Origin: a virus
Lineage: Duplodnaviria > Caudoviricetes
Strand: one strand, 5' to 3'
IMG/VR virus record: IMGVR_UViG_3300006120_000093
Location: 1 to 24,144 of that record
Length of the DNA stretch: 24,144 bases
Shown here one piece after another: positions 1 to 8,186 of the stretch. The notes under the pieces were generated by a model. The model ran no database searches. It saw only the letters and a program-made list of their open reading frames with translations, and was not told the DNA's origin. Every line of letters starts with the position of its first letter. The first letter of the stretch is position 1. Both the position numbers and the translations under genes were made by a program.

Positions 1-166
1 GGGCTCGTTCCTGTACACTGAGTTGCAAGGCATGTTCGTAGCTGAGACCACCACGCATGTACCAAGCCATTTTTAACGCCTCTTTTCTGATGTCGCTAAT
101 TTCTTTATCCATGTCGTCAACCATCTTGACAATTTGATCATGGGTCGAGATCAGGAGGCGGGCTCG
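1..166 (-). CDS. gp51-like / 'GT'-type tail-baseplate assembly segment, partial (runs off the window start); probably reached by -1 frameshift from the upstream gene, or starts at ATG 124
   Basis: Not in the ORF track. Manual translation of the -1 frame gives RARLLISTHDQIVKMVDDMDKEISDIRKEALKMAWYMRGGLSYEHALQLSVQERA, open to the window edge. The W-Y-M-R-G-G-L-S-Y...L-S-x-x-E-R pattern resembles the short helical proteins found after gp26-like genes. Confidence 0.7.
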
Positions 167-990
167 AAAAAACTGGACATGTCCAAGGTCACAGTCTGCT
201 GGTATTCGTTATTGCAACTAGGGCAGGTTAAACTGAGTGGTTGCATCTCAGATTTGGTCTTGTTGTCGACAATGTAATCTCGTATCTGATTAAATAAATT
301 TCTGTCGCAGTTTTTCAACAGATCCTCGATGAATTCAGTTTCAGTTACCAGGGCAGTGGGTGTTTTGACTGCAGCAATACTTTGGCTCAAGGCCTTGACA
401 GTCATTTCGGTTACTTCTTTTAGAGCACGGCTAAGTGCAGACATTTTGTCAGCATCGGGTACATCGGCGTCGGGTAGATTCTGCAATAACTTTTGATTTT
501 GGTACTGCATGGTATTGTTGTCGCTCATGTTGCGATAGGTCATGGGGCGGAAAAAAATCTCCATATCGCCTGATGTAATTGGAACGGTATAATCGACCGG
601 TTTCATGTGATCTAACACAGTTCTAAGATCGATGGACTGATCTGATACATTTTGACATTTTGGACATTGTGTGCTGAATCCCATGTCGTGCCCGTGACTA
701 GCAATGCGTATGGCTACCAGGATAGTATCAACATCCATGGCCGGGATTGCCCAGCCATCTTTGATGTCAGGTACACAACTTTGTATCACACTCACGGTGG
801 CCTGTCCGTTAAACAGGGCATCTGGAGTACGATAGGTGATCTCGTCTATGGCAGTCATGGGATATACTGGCAACTTGTTGGTTGCCGGCATGTTTAAAGT
901 ACCGGGCGGATAAAACTTGCCCGCGCTAGGTAAGTTGATGTAGATGGCTGGCTGTCTAAAGTACTGTCTTAATGGGTTATTTTCGTGCAT
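151..990 (-). CDS. gp26: T4 gp26-like baseplate hub assembly protein / tail assembly chaperone (279 aa)
   Basis: True start is ATG 990 (MHENNPLRQYFRQP), preceded by GAGGG. It contains LPSxGKFY, PMTAIDEI, D-x-ILVAIRIAS-x-G, two CxxC pairs (CPKC, CPSC) and a terminal D-x-x-x-FF. The ORF-track extension to 1356 is antisense to the next gene. Confidence 0.8.
   Translation of the reverse strand: MHENNPLRQYFRQPAIYINLPSAGKFYPPGTLNMPATNKLPVYPMTAIDEITYRTPDALFNGQATVSVIQSCVPDIKDGWAIPAMDVDTILVAIRIASHGHDMGFSTQCPKCQNVSDQSIDLRTVLDHMKPVDYTVPITSGDMEIFFRPMTYRNMSDNNTMQYQNQKLLQNLPDADVPDADKMSALSRALKEVTEMTVKALSQSIAAVKTPTALVTETEFIEDLLKNCDRNLFNQIRDYIVDNKTKSEMQPLSLTCPSCNNEYQQTVTLDMSSFFEPAS
166..172 (-). other. Putative programmed -1 ribosomal frameshift heptamer T_TTT_TTC
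   Basis: Minus strand reads AGT TTT TTC GAG CCC GCC TCC TGA. This is an X_XXY_YYZ heptamer four sense codons before the stop, and the -1 frame continues into the downstream ORF. Confidence 0.65.
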
Positions 991-1001
991 TTTTCCCTCG
1001 C

Positions 1002-1013
1002 TAAATATACTTA
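1002..1013. promoter_or_regulatory. Abutting divergent late-promoter-like boxes (TAAATA on +, TAAGTA on -)
   Basis: Sequence TAAATATACTTA lies in the 22-nt gap between divergent starts at 990 (-) and 1013 (+). It resembles the T4 late consensus TATAAATA. Confidence 0.55.
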
Positions 1014-3292
1014 TGGCTGACAATATTGACCCAAAACAAATTGATGAACTCAACGAGAATCTCAGAGGATTAATCGAAACTCTAGGCGGAGTAGCACAAA
1101 GTACCGGTTCGGTCGGTGCTGCCAATAAAGAAGCCTCATTTAACACCAAATTGGCTACCAAGGGACTTGCTAGCTTGGGCACTAGCGTGGCCGATGTAAC
1201 CAAGGCCATGTACGATGGTAAAAAAGGTGCCAGCGCATTTAACGGTGCAGTGCAAGGTGCTGCTGATGCATTATCATTATTGGTGTTGGCAATTCCGGGC
1301 TTAGGACTAGTGGCCAAAGTGGCGGCCCTGGCCATCGGTGCATTTGCCAAAGGCATTCAAGCCGCCAACAAACAAGGTGATGCACTTTACAAGTCCTATC
1401 AAGAACTCAGTAAATCGGGTGCCACAGCCTCTGACGGTATTACTGGCGTGTTTAACAACATGCAGAAGTTTGGTTACGGTATCGAAGAGCTGGACAAGAT
1501 GGTACAGCTAGTGTCGGCAAACAGTGAAACATTGGCCAAGTTTAGTTTAACAGCAGCCGATGGCACTAATGCCTATGCCAGTGCTATGCAGAGTATTGTA
1601 AGAGACCCGGCTCTAAAAGATCTTGGTAAAACACCTGATCAAATTAACGCTGCTGGAGCTGCCTTTATACGGCAACAAGTGGCTATAGGTCGGTCGCAAA
1701 AAGATGTTGGCGACACCCTGGGCGCGTCTACTAAACAGTATGTCATGGACCTGGATAGACTACAACGACTTACCGGGACCAGTGCAGATCAGTTGCAAAA
1801 ACAACAAGACGAGGCCATGTCAGAGGACGCCTATAATGACGTAATGGCCGATCTCGAAGCTAGAGCCAAATCTGGTGATGCAAATGCCACAGCACAAATT
1901 AAAAAGATTACAACAACCATGGCATCGCTAAGTCCAGAAATGCAAAAAGAATTCCAAAAAAGCATTGGCGGTGATATCAGCGCCCAACAAAAATTAATGA
2001 TGCGTATGCCGTCGTTGATGAAAAATGTCATGGACGAAAGTGTCGGCATTGGTCAAACAATGAATGATGCCAAGCAGGACATTACCGGTTATGTTGATAC
2101 TATGGGTAAGAGTTACCGCTTAAATTCGGAAGGTATGAGAGAATACGGCGGCACTTTGCGTAGTGCTCGAGAAGAAATAACACAGTTTGGCAACTGGGAA
2201 GAACGAGAAAAAGCTGCTGATAAAAATGCCACTGTAACCGACCAGGCTACAAAAAATCTGTCTAAAATAGATCTTGCCAACATGAACTCCAGAGATGCTC
2301 TGCAGAGTTTTGTGCAACTTGGGGTAGCTCCAGCAACCACAGCAATGGCCGCACTAGCTGGCGTAACTGAAAAGGCAACCAGTAAATTGCCAGGCGAAAA
2401 AACTGGTGCAGCCACTGGCAAAACTCTGACTCAACGAATCAACGAGACAATCAATGATGTAATCTACGGAAAAGGAGCGGTAACTGCCCCCGGCGCCGCC
2501 GGCCTAGGGGCAGTATCTGCAAAATTTGAAGGAGCAGGTGCTGGGACTGTCGGTTCGGGCAAGGGTGATTATGGCGGCGCCAGTTACGGTACCTACCAAA
2601 TGTCGTCCAACATGGGGCAGGTGCAAAAGTTCCTTAAAGAAAATGAAAAGTACGGCAAAGAATTTGAAGGCCTGACCGCAGGAACCGAAGATTTCAACAA
2701 AAAATGGAAAGAGCTCGGCGGTGATAAAGGATTTGCCGAAGCACAGCAGGCATTTGCTAAAAAACAGTATTATGATGCACAAGTACAAACACTGGGCGAT
2801 CTGGGCAAAAAGCTCACAGGAAAAGGTCGCGGAGTGCAAGAAGCCCTGTTTAGTACCGGTGTGCAGTACGGCGGTGGTAGCAAACTGATTGAAAAGGCCC
2901 TTAGTGGAAAAGATGTTGATAAAATGGGCGAAAAAGATATTATCAATGCCATCCAGGATTACAAAGCACAAAATGTGTCCACTAATTTTAGAAGCAGTAG
3001 TGCAGATGTGCAACGCGGCGTGGCCAATCGAATTGAACGAGAAAGAGCTGCTCTAATGGCCTCGTCGACAGCAGGACCACTCGATGGTTATGCTTCTCAG
3101 ATGGCCAACGTAGATCCGTCAAAGACTTTACCAGAAAAACAAGAGACACAAACGGCCAACAATCTTGCAACAGCAGGCGATACTGCACATTTAGATGCAT
3201 TGAATCAAGTGGTCGATCAGTTGGCTCAACTCAACAACAGTAATCAGCAGATTGCCAATAGTACTAAAAAATCTGTACAGCTACAGTCATAA
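1013..3292 (+). CDS. Tape-measure-like / baseplate hub protein with C-terminal VgrG3-like lysozyme-fold peptidoglycan hydrolase (759 aa)
   Basis: Start reassigned to ATG 1013 (MADNIDPKQ). The body is Ala/Gln/Lys-rich and helical, with a hydrophobic stretch (LSLLVLAIPGLGLVAKVAALAIGAF). The domain at about 2500-3060 has SAKFE..GDYGGASYGTYQM..QEALFSTGVQYGG..FRSSS..VQRGVANR. The gene is adjacent to the gp26-like chaperone. Confidence 0.7.
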   Translation: MADNIDPKQIDELNENLRGLIETLGGVAQSTGSVGAANKEASFNTKLATKGLASLGTSVADVTKAMYDGKKGASAFNGAVQGAADALSLLVLAIPGLGLVAKVAALAIGAFAKGIQAANKQGDALYKSYQELSKSGATASDGITGVFNNMQKFGYGIEELDKMVQLVSANSETLAKFSLTAADGTNAYASAMQSIVRDPALKDLGKTPDQINAAGAAFIRQQVAIGRSQKDVGDTLGASTKQYVMDLDRLQRLTGTSADQLQKQQDEAMSEDAYNDVMADLEARAKSGDANATAQIKKITTTMASLSPEMQKEFQKSIGGDISAQQKLMMRMPSLMKNVMDESVGIGQTMNDAKQDITGYVDTMGKSYRLNSEGMREYGGTLRSAREEITQFGNWEEREKAADKNATVTDQATKNLSKIDLANMNSRDALQSFVQLGVAPATTAMAALAGVTEKATSKLPGEKTGAATGKTLTQRINETINDVIYGKGAVTAPGAAGLGAVSAKFEGAGAGTVGSGKGDYGGASYGTYQMSSNMGQVQKFLKENEKYGKEFEGLTAGTEDFNKKWKELGGDKGFAEAQQAFAKKQYYDAQVQTLGDLGKKLTGKGRGVQEALFSTGVQYGGGSKLIEKALSGKDVDKMGEKDIINAIQDYKAQNVSTNFRSSSADVQRGVANRIERERAALMASSTAGPLDGYASQMANVDPSKTLPEKQETQTANNLATAGDTAHLDALNQVVDQLAQLNNSNQQIANSTKKSVQLQS

Positions 3293-3295
3293 CGC

Positions 3296-3303
3296 TATAA
3301 ATA
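3296..3303 (+). promoter_or_regulatory. T4-type late promoter TATAAATA
   Basis: Exact T4 late consensus, 7 nt upstream of the portal ATG. Confidence 0.75.
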
Positions 3304-3310
3304 TACTACC

Positions 3311-5146
3311 ATGGCAGACAACGACAACAACCGCAAAAGAGGTTGGCGCAAGTATTTTAAAGTAGCAAACACCGGCGGCCAACTGAGTCCAATTTCGGGA
3401 CAAAATCAATTTGGCCTACCCAATTATGATCGCCAAAGAGGCGGTGATTTTACCGGCGGCACACCCAACGACTTTGCATTCCGCAACTATGCCAGTCGAC
3501 TACCCGAAGTATATTCCGGACACCCCAACCGTATTGAACGTTACAATCAGTACGAAAACATGGATGCCGACAGTGAAGTTAATGCTTGCCTGGACATCAT
3601 TGCCGAGTTTTCTACACAGATCAATGCAGACAACAAGACTCCGTTTGACATCAACTTTACCGATAAACCCACCGACCACGAAATAGACATTATCAAAAAA
3701 CAACTGCAACAATGGACCAAGTTAAACAAGCTGGATCAGCGAGTATTCAAGTTATTTCGTAACGTGATCAAGTACGGTGATCAGGTGTTTTTGAGAGATC
3801 CCGAAACATTTGAAATGATGTGGGTCGACATGGTCAAAGTGGCTCGGGTAATTGTGAACGAGTCCGAAGGCAAGCGCCCAGAACAGTACATCATTCGCGA
3901 TATCAACCCCAACTTCCAAAACATGAGTGTAGCGTCAAAAACCACACAGGACTACTATGTGAGTCGCGCCACAGGAAGTATAGGACAAAACAACTATACA
4001 GCACCCAACGGTGGTGGCTACGGTGGTGCCGGTGGCGGCACAGGCAATAGCAGATTTACTCAGGCCATGAACGAGTCGTGCATTGACGCTCGTCATATTG
4101 TGCATCTGACCCTAAACGAAGGACTGGATTACTTTTGGCCATTTGGGCAGAGTGTTTTAGAAAATATTTTCAAGGTCTACAAGCAAAAAGAATTGCTAGA
4201 AGATTCGGTACTAATCTATCGTGTACAGCGTGCTCCCGAGCGTAGATTGTTTAAAATTGATGTGGGTAACATGCCCAGTCACATGGCTATGGCCTTTGTG
4301 GAACGAGTCAAAAACGAAATGCATCAACGCAGAATCCCTACTACAACAGGTGGCGGCGCCAACATGATGGACGCCAGTTACAATCCATTAAGCGTTAATG
4401 AAGACTATTTTTTCCCACAAACTTCAGACGGTCGCGGTAGCAGTGTAGAAGTCCTACCCGGAGGCGAAAACTTAGGAGAAATTGACGATTTAAAATACTT
4501 TAACAACAAGATGGCTCGCGGCCTGCGTGTGCCAAGTAGCTACCTACCCACCGGTCCGGACGACTCAAACTTAGCCATGAACGACGGGCGAGTAGGCACA
4601 GCACTGATCCAAGAGTACCGGTTTAACCAGTACTGTATGCGCCTGCAACGCTTAATTATGCAGAAATTAGACGATGAATTCAAGATGTTCCTGCGTTGGA
4701 GGGGCTTCAACATTGATGCCGGCTTGTTTACTATTGCACTGTGCGAACCACAAAATTTTGCCAGCTATCGTCAGGCTGAAATGGATACCACCCGCATCAC
4801 AGCATTTAGCACCCTGGAACCCTTGCCTTACATGAGCAAACGTTTTATGATGAAACGCTATCTAGGACTGACCGACGAAGAAATTATGGAAAACGAAGAA
4901 TATTGGCGTGAAGAGCGCGAAGAACCCGAGTTAGAAACCACACAAGGTCAAGATCTTCGTGCAGTTGGCATTACACCGTCGGGCATAGAAAGCGACATTC
5001 AAACCGGCGAAGAACTAGGCCAAGCCAACATCATAGGCGACCAAGCCGGCACCCCCTCAATTCCCAGCGTGGCTGCACAAGGTGCCCCAACTGCACAAGG
5101 TGCTCCTAGCGCCGGTGCTCCGGGTGTTCCTGGCGTGCAAAGCTAA
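3311..5146 (+). CDS. gp20: T4 gp20-like portal vertex protein
   Basis: Motifs YENMDADSEVNACLDII, LLEDSVLIYRVQRAPERRLFKIDVGNMP, EDYFFP...GRGSSVEVLPGGENLGEIDDLKYFNNK; first gene of the head operon. Confidence 0.95.
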   Translation: MADNDNNRKRGWRKYFKVANTGGQLSPISGQNQFGLPNYDRQRGGDFTGGTPNDFAFRNYASRLPEVYSGHPNRIERYNQYENMDADSEVNACLDIIAEFSTQINADNKTPFDINFTDKPTDHEIDIIKKQLQQWTKLNKLDQRVFKLFRNVIKYGDQVFLRDPETFEMMWVDMVKVARVIVNESEGKRPEQYIIRDINPNFQNMSVASKTTQDYYVSRATGSIGQNNYTAPNGGGYGGAGGGTGNSRFTQAMNESCIDARHIVHLTLNEGLDYFWPFGQSVLENIFKVYKQKELLEDSVLIYRVQRAPERRLFKIDVGNMPSHMAMAFVERVKNEMHQRRIPTTTGGGANMMDASYNPLSVNEDYFFPQTSDGRGSSVEVLPGGENLGEIDDLKYFNNKMARGLRVPSSYLPTGPDDSNLAMNDGRVGTALIQEYRFNQYCMRLQRLIMQKLDDEFKMFLRWRGFNIDAGLFTIALCEPQNFASYRQAEMDTTRITAFSTLEPLPYMSKRFMMKRYLGLTDEEIMENEEYWREEREEPELETTQGQDLRAVGITPSGIESDIQTGEELGQANIIGDQAGTPSIPSVAAQGAPTAQGAPSAGAPGVPGVQS

Positions 5147-5149
5147 ATA
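5144..5149 (+). promoter_or_regulatory. Late-promoter-like TAAATA overlapping the portal stop codon
   Basis: TAAATA, 7-nt spacer, then ATG 5157. Confidence 0.55.
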
Positions 5150-5156
5150 TACAATC

Positions 5157-5378
5157 ATGATCTTAAACGAAATTTATGAAAAAAGTCCTACAGCTTATCA
5201 GGACACCAGTCAGGATAATAGTCAGCCTACACTAGGCGACACCAGAAAAACCCGTCTAACTCTGCGACAAATCAACAAACTGCGCCAGATGAACGATGTA
5301 CGCAGTGTAGAATACAAAGAAAAACTAAAACTAGTAAAACAACAATACGCACCCGCCCCGGCCGCCCCGGCTATGTAA
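5157..5378 (+). CDS. Small head-operon protein (73 aa), function unknown
   Basis: Start reassigned to ATG 5157 (MILNEIYEK...RKTRLTLRQINKLRQM). Located between the portal and the acidic protein; begins with an M-x-L-x-E motif. Confidence 0.75.
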   Translation: MILNEIYEKSPTAYQDTSQDNSQPTLGDTRKTRLTLRQINKLRQMNDVRSVEYKEKLKLVKQQYAPAPAAPAM

Positions 5379-5462
5379 CACTGTTGTAACTGATTTGTAA
5401 CAAAATCAGTCATATTATCCTTCTTTTTCCACCTCAAAAGTACCAATATTACTCGTTTGTAG

Positions 5463-5468
5463 TAAATA
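5463..5468 (+). promoter_or_regulatory. Late-promoter-like TAAATA
   Basis: Upstream of SD AGGAGA (5489-5494) and ATG 5496/5499. Confidence 0.55.
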
Positions 5469-5495
5469 TGTAACGAGCCATTACCTATAGGAGAT

Positions 5496-6410
5496 ATGAT
5501 GACTAATAAATTTGAACAGTTGATCGAGTATGTGATCAACGACGAAGCAGACAAAGCCAAAGAGCTTTTCCACGATATCGTGGTAGAAAAATCTCGTGAA
5601 ATCTACGAGAATCTCATGAACGAAGAAGCCGAAGAGTGCGAATCGTGCCACAAGGCTCCTTGCGAGTGTGACGACGAGGAAGAGGAATTAGACGAGTCCA
5701 AAGAAGAAGAGTTGGATGAATCTGAAGAAGAAGAACTCGACGAAAACATGGAATCCATCGGTGGCGACGCTAGCGACGACTTGATTGACGATGTCGAAGC
5801 CGACGAATCTGGCATGATGGAAAACAATGAAGAATTTGACGACGAAGCTGAAGAAGACGGTGAAGATCTCACCAAAGACATCGAGCACGACGGCAACGAA
5901 ACCGAGCACGATATTGAAGATCGAGTGGTTGACTTGGAAGACAAGTTAGACGAACTCATGGCCGAATTTGAAAGCCTAATGGGCGGCAGCGAAGGTGGCG
6001 AGCACAGTGATTTAGGCGGCGAAGAAGGTGACGAATTGGGCGGCGACGCATTGGAAATGGACGACACCCAAGCATTTGCTGACGAAGATGAAATGGATGA
6101 AATGTCCATGATGGAAAACGTCAAGTTGGATGCAGCTCCAAAACCAGAACTCAGCGAACCTAGCTTTGTAAACAAAAAGGCCACATACGCTGTTGATTCA
6201 GGCAAGGCAGGCATGGCAGCCAGTCCAGTTAAAATGGTGGGCGATGTAGCACAAGGTCGTCCAGCACCAAAAACTGCAGATTTGCCACAAGCAGGCAAGT
6301 TTAAGAACGTACCAGGTAAAGACGGTTATGGCGCCAAAATGGAACCAGCACCAAAGCCAAAGTTTGATCAGCACAATCCAAACACACGTACACCTTTTCC
6401 GAAAGGCTGA
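5496..6410 (+). CDS. Highly acidic prohead core / internal head protein candidate
   Basis: SD AGGAGA (start may be 5499). Extremely D/E-rich, with EEELDE x3, a CESCHKAPCEC motif, a coiled coil (EDRVVDLEDKLDELMAEFE) and a Pro/Lys-rich tail. Position between portal and protease matches T4 genes 67/68. Confidence 0.7.
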   Translation: MMTNKFEQLIEYVINDEADKAKELFHDIVVEKSREIYENLMNEEAEECESCHKAPCECDDEEEELDESKEEELDESEEEELDENMESIGGDASDDLIDDVEADESGMMENNEEFDDEAEEDGEDLTKDIEHDGNETEHDIEDRVVDLEDKLDELMAEFESLMGGSEGGEHSDLGGEEGDELGGDALEMDDTQAFADEDEMDEMSMMENVKLDAAPKPELSEPSFVNKKATYAVDSGKAGMAASPVKMVGDVAQGRPAPKTADLPQAGKFKNVPGKDGYGAKMEPAPKPKFDQHNPNTRTPFPKG

Positions 6411-6418
6411 TAGACTAA

Positions 6419-7060
6419 ATGGCTCGTTACCTTAAAGAACACTTGAGCTTCACTCAGGCAGGACTTGAAATCCTGTCTGAGGATTCTCACGAAGGTAAGA
6501 CAATGAAGTTAAAAGGCATTTGTATCGAGGGCGGTGTTCGCAATGCTAACGAGCGTGTATATCCTGTAGACGAAATTGCCAAGGCGGTAGACACTATCAA
6601 CGAACAGATCAAAACCGGTCATTCGGTGCTAGGCGAAGTAGATCACCCAGACGACTTAAAAATCAACTTGGATCGTGTAAGTCACATGATTGAAAAAATG
6701 TGGATGGATGGCCCTGCTGGCTATGGAACATTAAAGATATTACCAACACCCATGGGCGAATTGGTCAAGACCATGCTCACGTCAGGTGTTAAATTAGGTG
6801 TTAGTAGTCGTGGCAGCGGCAATGTCAACGACCATAACGGACATGTCAGTGACTTTGAAATTGTCACTGTAGATGTAGTCGCTCAGCCCAGTGCTCCCAA
6901 TGCATATCCCACAGCAATTTATGAAGGTCTTTTAAATCACAAAGGCGGTCAACGATTGTTAGATATGTTTAAGGATCCAGCTAAAAGCGGCAAAGCACAG
7001 AGATTTGTAAAAGACGAAGTGATTCGCCTGATACACGGTCTCAAGATTGAAGGAAAATAA
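6419..7060 (+). CDS. gp21: T4 gp21-like prohead protease
   Basis: Motifs RNANERVYP, LGEVDHP, INLDRVSH, ILPTPMG, GVKLGVSSRGSG (catalytic Ser) and DVVAQPSAPNA. Confidence 0.95.
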   Translation: MARYLKEHLSFTQAGLEILSEDSHEGKTMKLKGICIEGGVRNANERVYPVDEIAKAVDTINEQIKTGHSVLGEVDHPDDLKINLDRVSHMIEKMWMDGPAGYGTLKILPTPMGELVKTMLTSGVKLGVSSRGSGNVNDHNGHVSDFEIVTVDVVAQPSAPNAYPTAIYEGLLNHKGGQRLLDMFKDPAKSGKAQRFVKDEVIRLIHGLKIEGK

Positions 7061-7061
7061 T

Positions 7062-8159
7062 ATGCTAGATGCTATTAAACCGTTACTAGATAGCGAACTT
7101 ATTAACGAAGAAGCTCAACAGCAGATCTCAGAAGCATGGGAAGCTAAGTTGAACGAAGCTCGTGAACAAGTACGTGCAGAACTACGCGAAGAGTTTGCAC
7201 AACGCTATGAGCATGACAAAACAGTGATGGTGGAAGCCTTAGATCGTATGGTAACAGAAGGTCTCGCGACAGAACTTGAACAAGTGCAAGCTGAAAAGCA
7301 AGCACTTGCTGAAGATCGCGTCCGTTTCCAAGGCAAGATGAAAGAAAGTGCTACAAAGTTCAACAACTTTATGGTTACTAAACTTGCTGAAGAAATTGGC
7401 GAATTGCGCAAAGACCGCAAGATGCATAACGAAGGTATCGAAAAGTTGGAAAACTTTGTGGTACATGCACTTGCACGTGAGATTCAAGAATTTGCAACAG
7501 ACAAACAAGATGTGGTCAACACAAAAGTTCGTTTGGTGCGCGAAGCTCGCAAAACATTGGAAAGTCTCAAGAGCAGATTTATCAAAGAATCCGCACAAAA
7601 GATGTCCAGTGCTGTTAGCCGTCATCTCAAGGCTGAACTCAGTCAGTTACAAGAAGACATCAAAGTTGCTCGCGAGAACAATTTTGGTCGTCGTATTTTT
7701 GAAGCGTATGCAACAGAATTTGGCGCAACTCACCTCAATGAGAAGCAAGAAGTTCGTAAACTGCATGACACAATCGCTGCCAAAGATGCCAAACTGTCTG
7801 AAGCCATCAAATTCGCCCAGAAAGCACGAGTCCTGGTCGAAAACAAAGAACGCGAAATGCGTATCCTTAAAGAATCTAATCAGCGCGAATCTGCATTAGA
7901 GGAATTGCTGGCTCCTTTGAACAAGGAAAAAGCAGAAGTGATGCGTAATTTGCTCGAAAGCGTACAGACAACTCGACTGTCCAATGCTTTTGAAAAGTAT
8001 CTACCAGCAGTTTTAGCTGACCGTTCCGTAAAAACCCAGAAGGTGATTACAGAGTCGTTATCTGAGGCAACTGGCGATAAATCTGCCCGCAGTCCAGATG
8101 CAGATCAAGTTGAACAAGAAAGCAACGTGATCGATCTAAAGCGTTTGGCAGGGCTGTAA
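7062..8159 (+). CDS. gp22: T4 gp22-like prohead scaffolding protein (365 aa)
   Basis: Start reassigned to ATG 7062 (SD AAGGA). Long E/K/A-rich coiled coil between protease and capsid genes; ends in LKRLAGL. Confidence 0.8.
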   Translation: MLDAIKPLLDSELINEEAQQQISEAWEAKLNEAREQVRAELREEFAQRYEHDKTVMVEALDRMVTEGLATELEQVQAEKQALAEDRVRFQGKMKESATKFNNFMVTKLAEEIGELRKDRKMHNEGIEKLENFVVHALAREIQEFATDKQDVVNTKVRLVREARKTLESLKSRFIKESAQKMSSAVSRHLKAELSQLQEDIKVARENNFGRRIFEAYATEFGATHLNEKQEVRKLHDTIAAKDAKLSEAIKFAQKARVLVENKEREMRILKESNQRESALEELLAPLNKEKAEVMRNLLESVQTTRLSNAFEKYLPAVLADRSVKTQKVITESLSEATGDKSARSPDADQVEQESNVIDLKRLAGL

Positions 8160-8186
8160 TTTAAGATATAATAAAAGGAGACTTAA

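Noticed and set aside
991-1356. N-terminal extension of ORF 151..1356, and the 944 start of the tape-measure-like ORF
   Set aside because: These are mutual antisense shadows. ATG 990 has an SD and ATG 1013 follows a promoter box, giving non-overlapping divergent genes.
1831-3200. Several minus-strand ORFs of 60-169 aa inside the tape-measure-like gene
   Set aside because: Fully nested antisense frames with no recognisable motifs.
5603-6298. 231-aa Ser-rich minus-strand ORF
   Set aside because: Antisense mirror of the GAA/GAC-rich acidic gene; no independent start signals.
7348-7899. 183-aa alternative-frame ORF inside the scaffold gene
   Set aside because: No SD or motif; explained by the host gene's codon bias.
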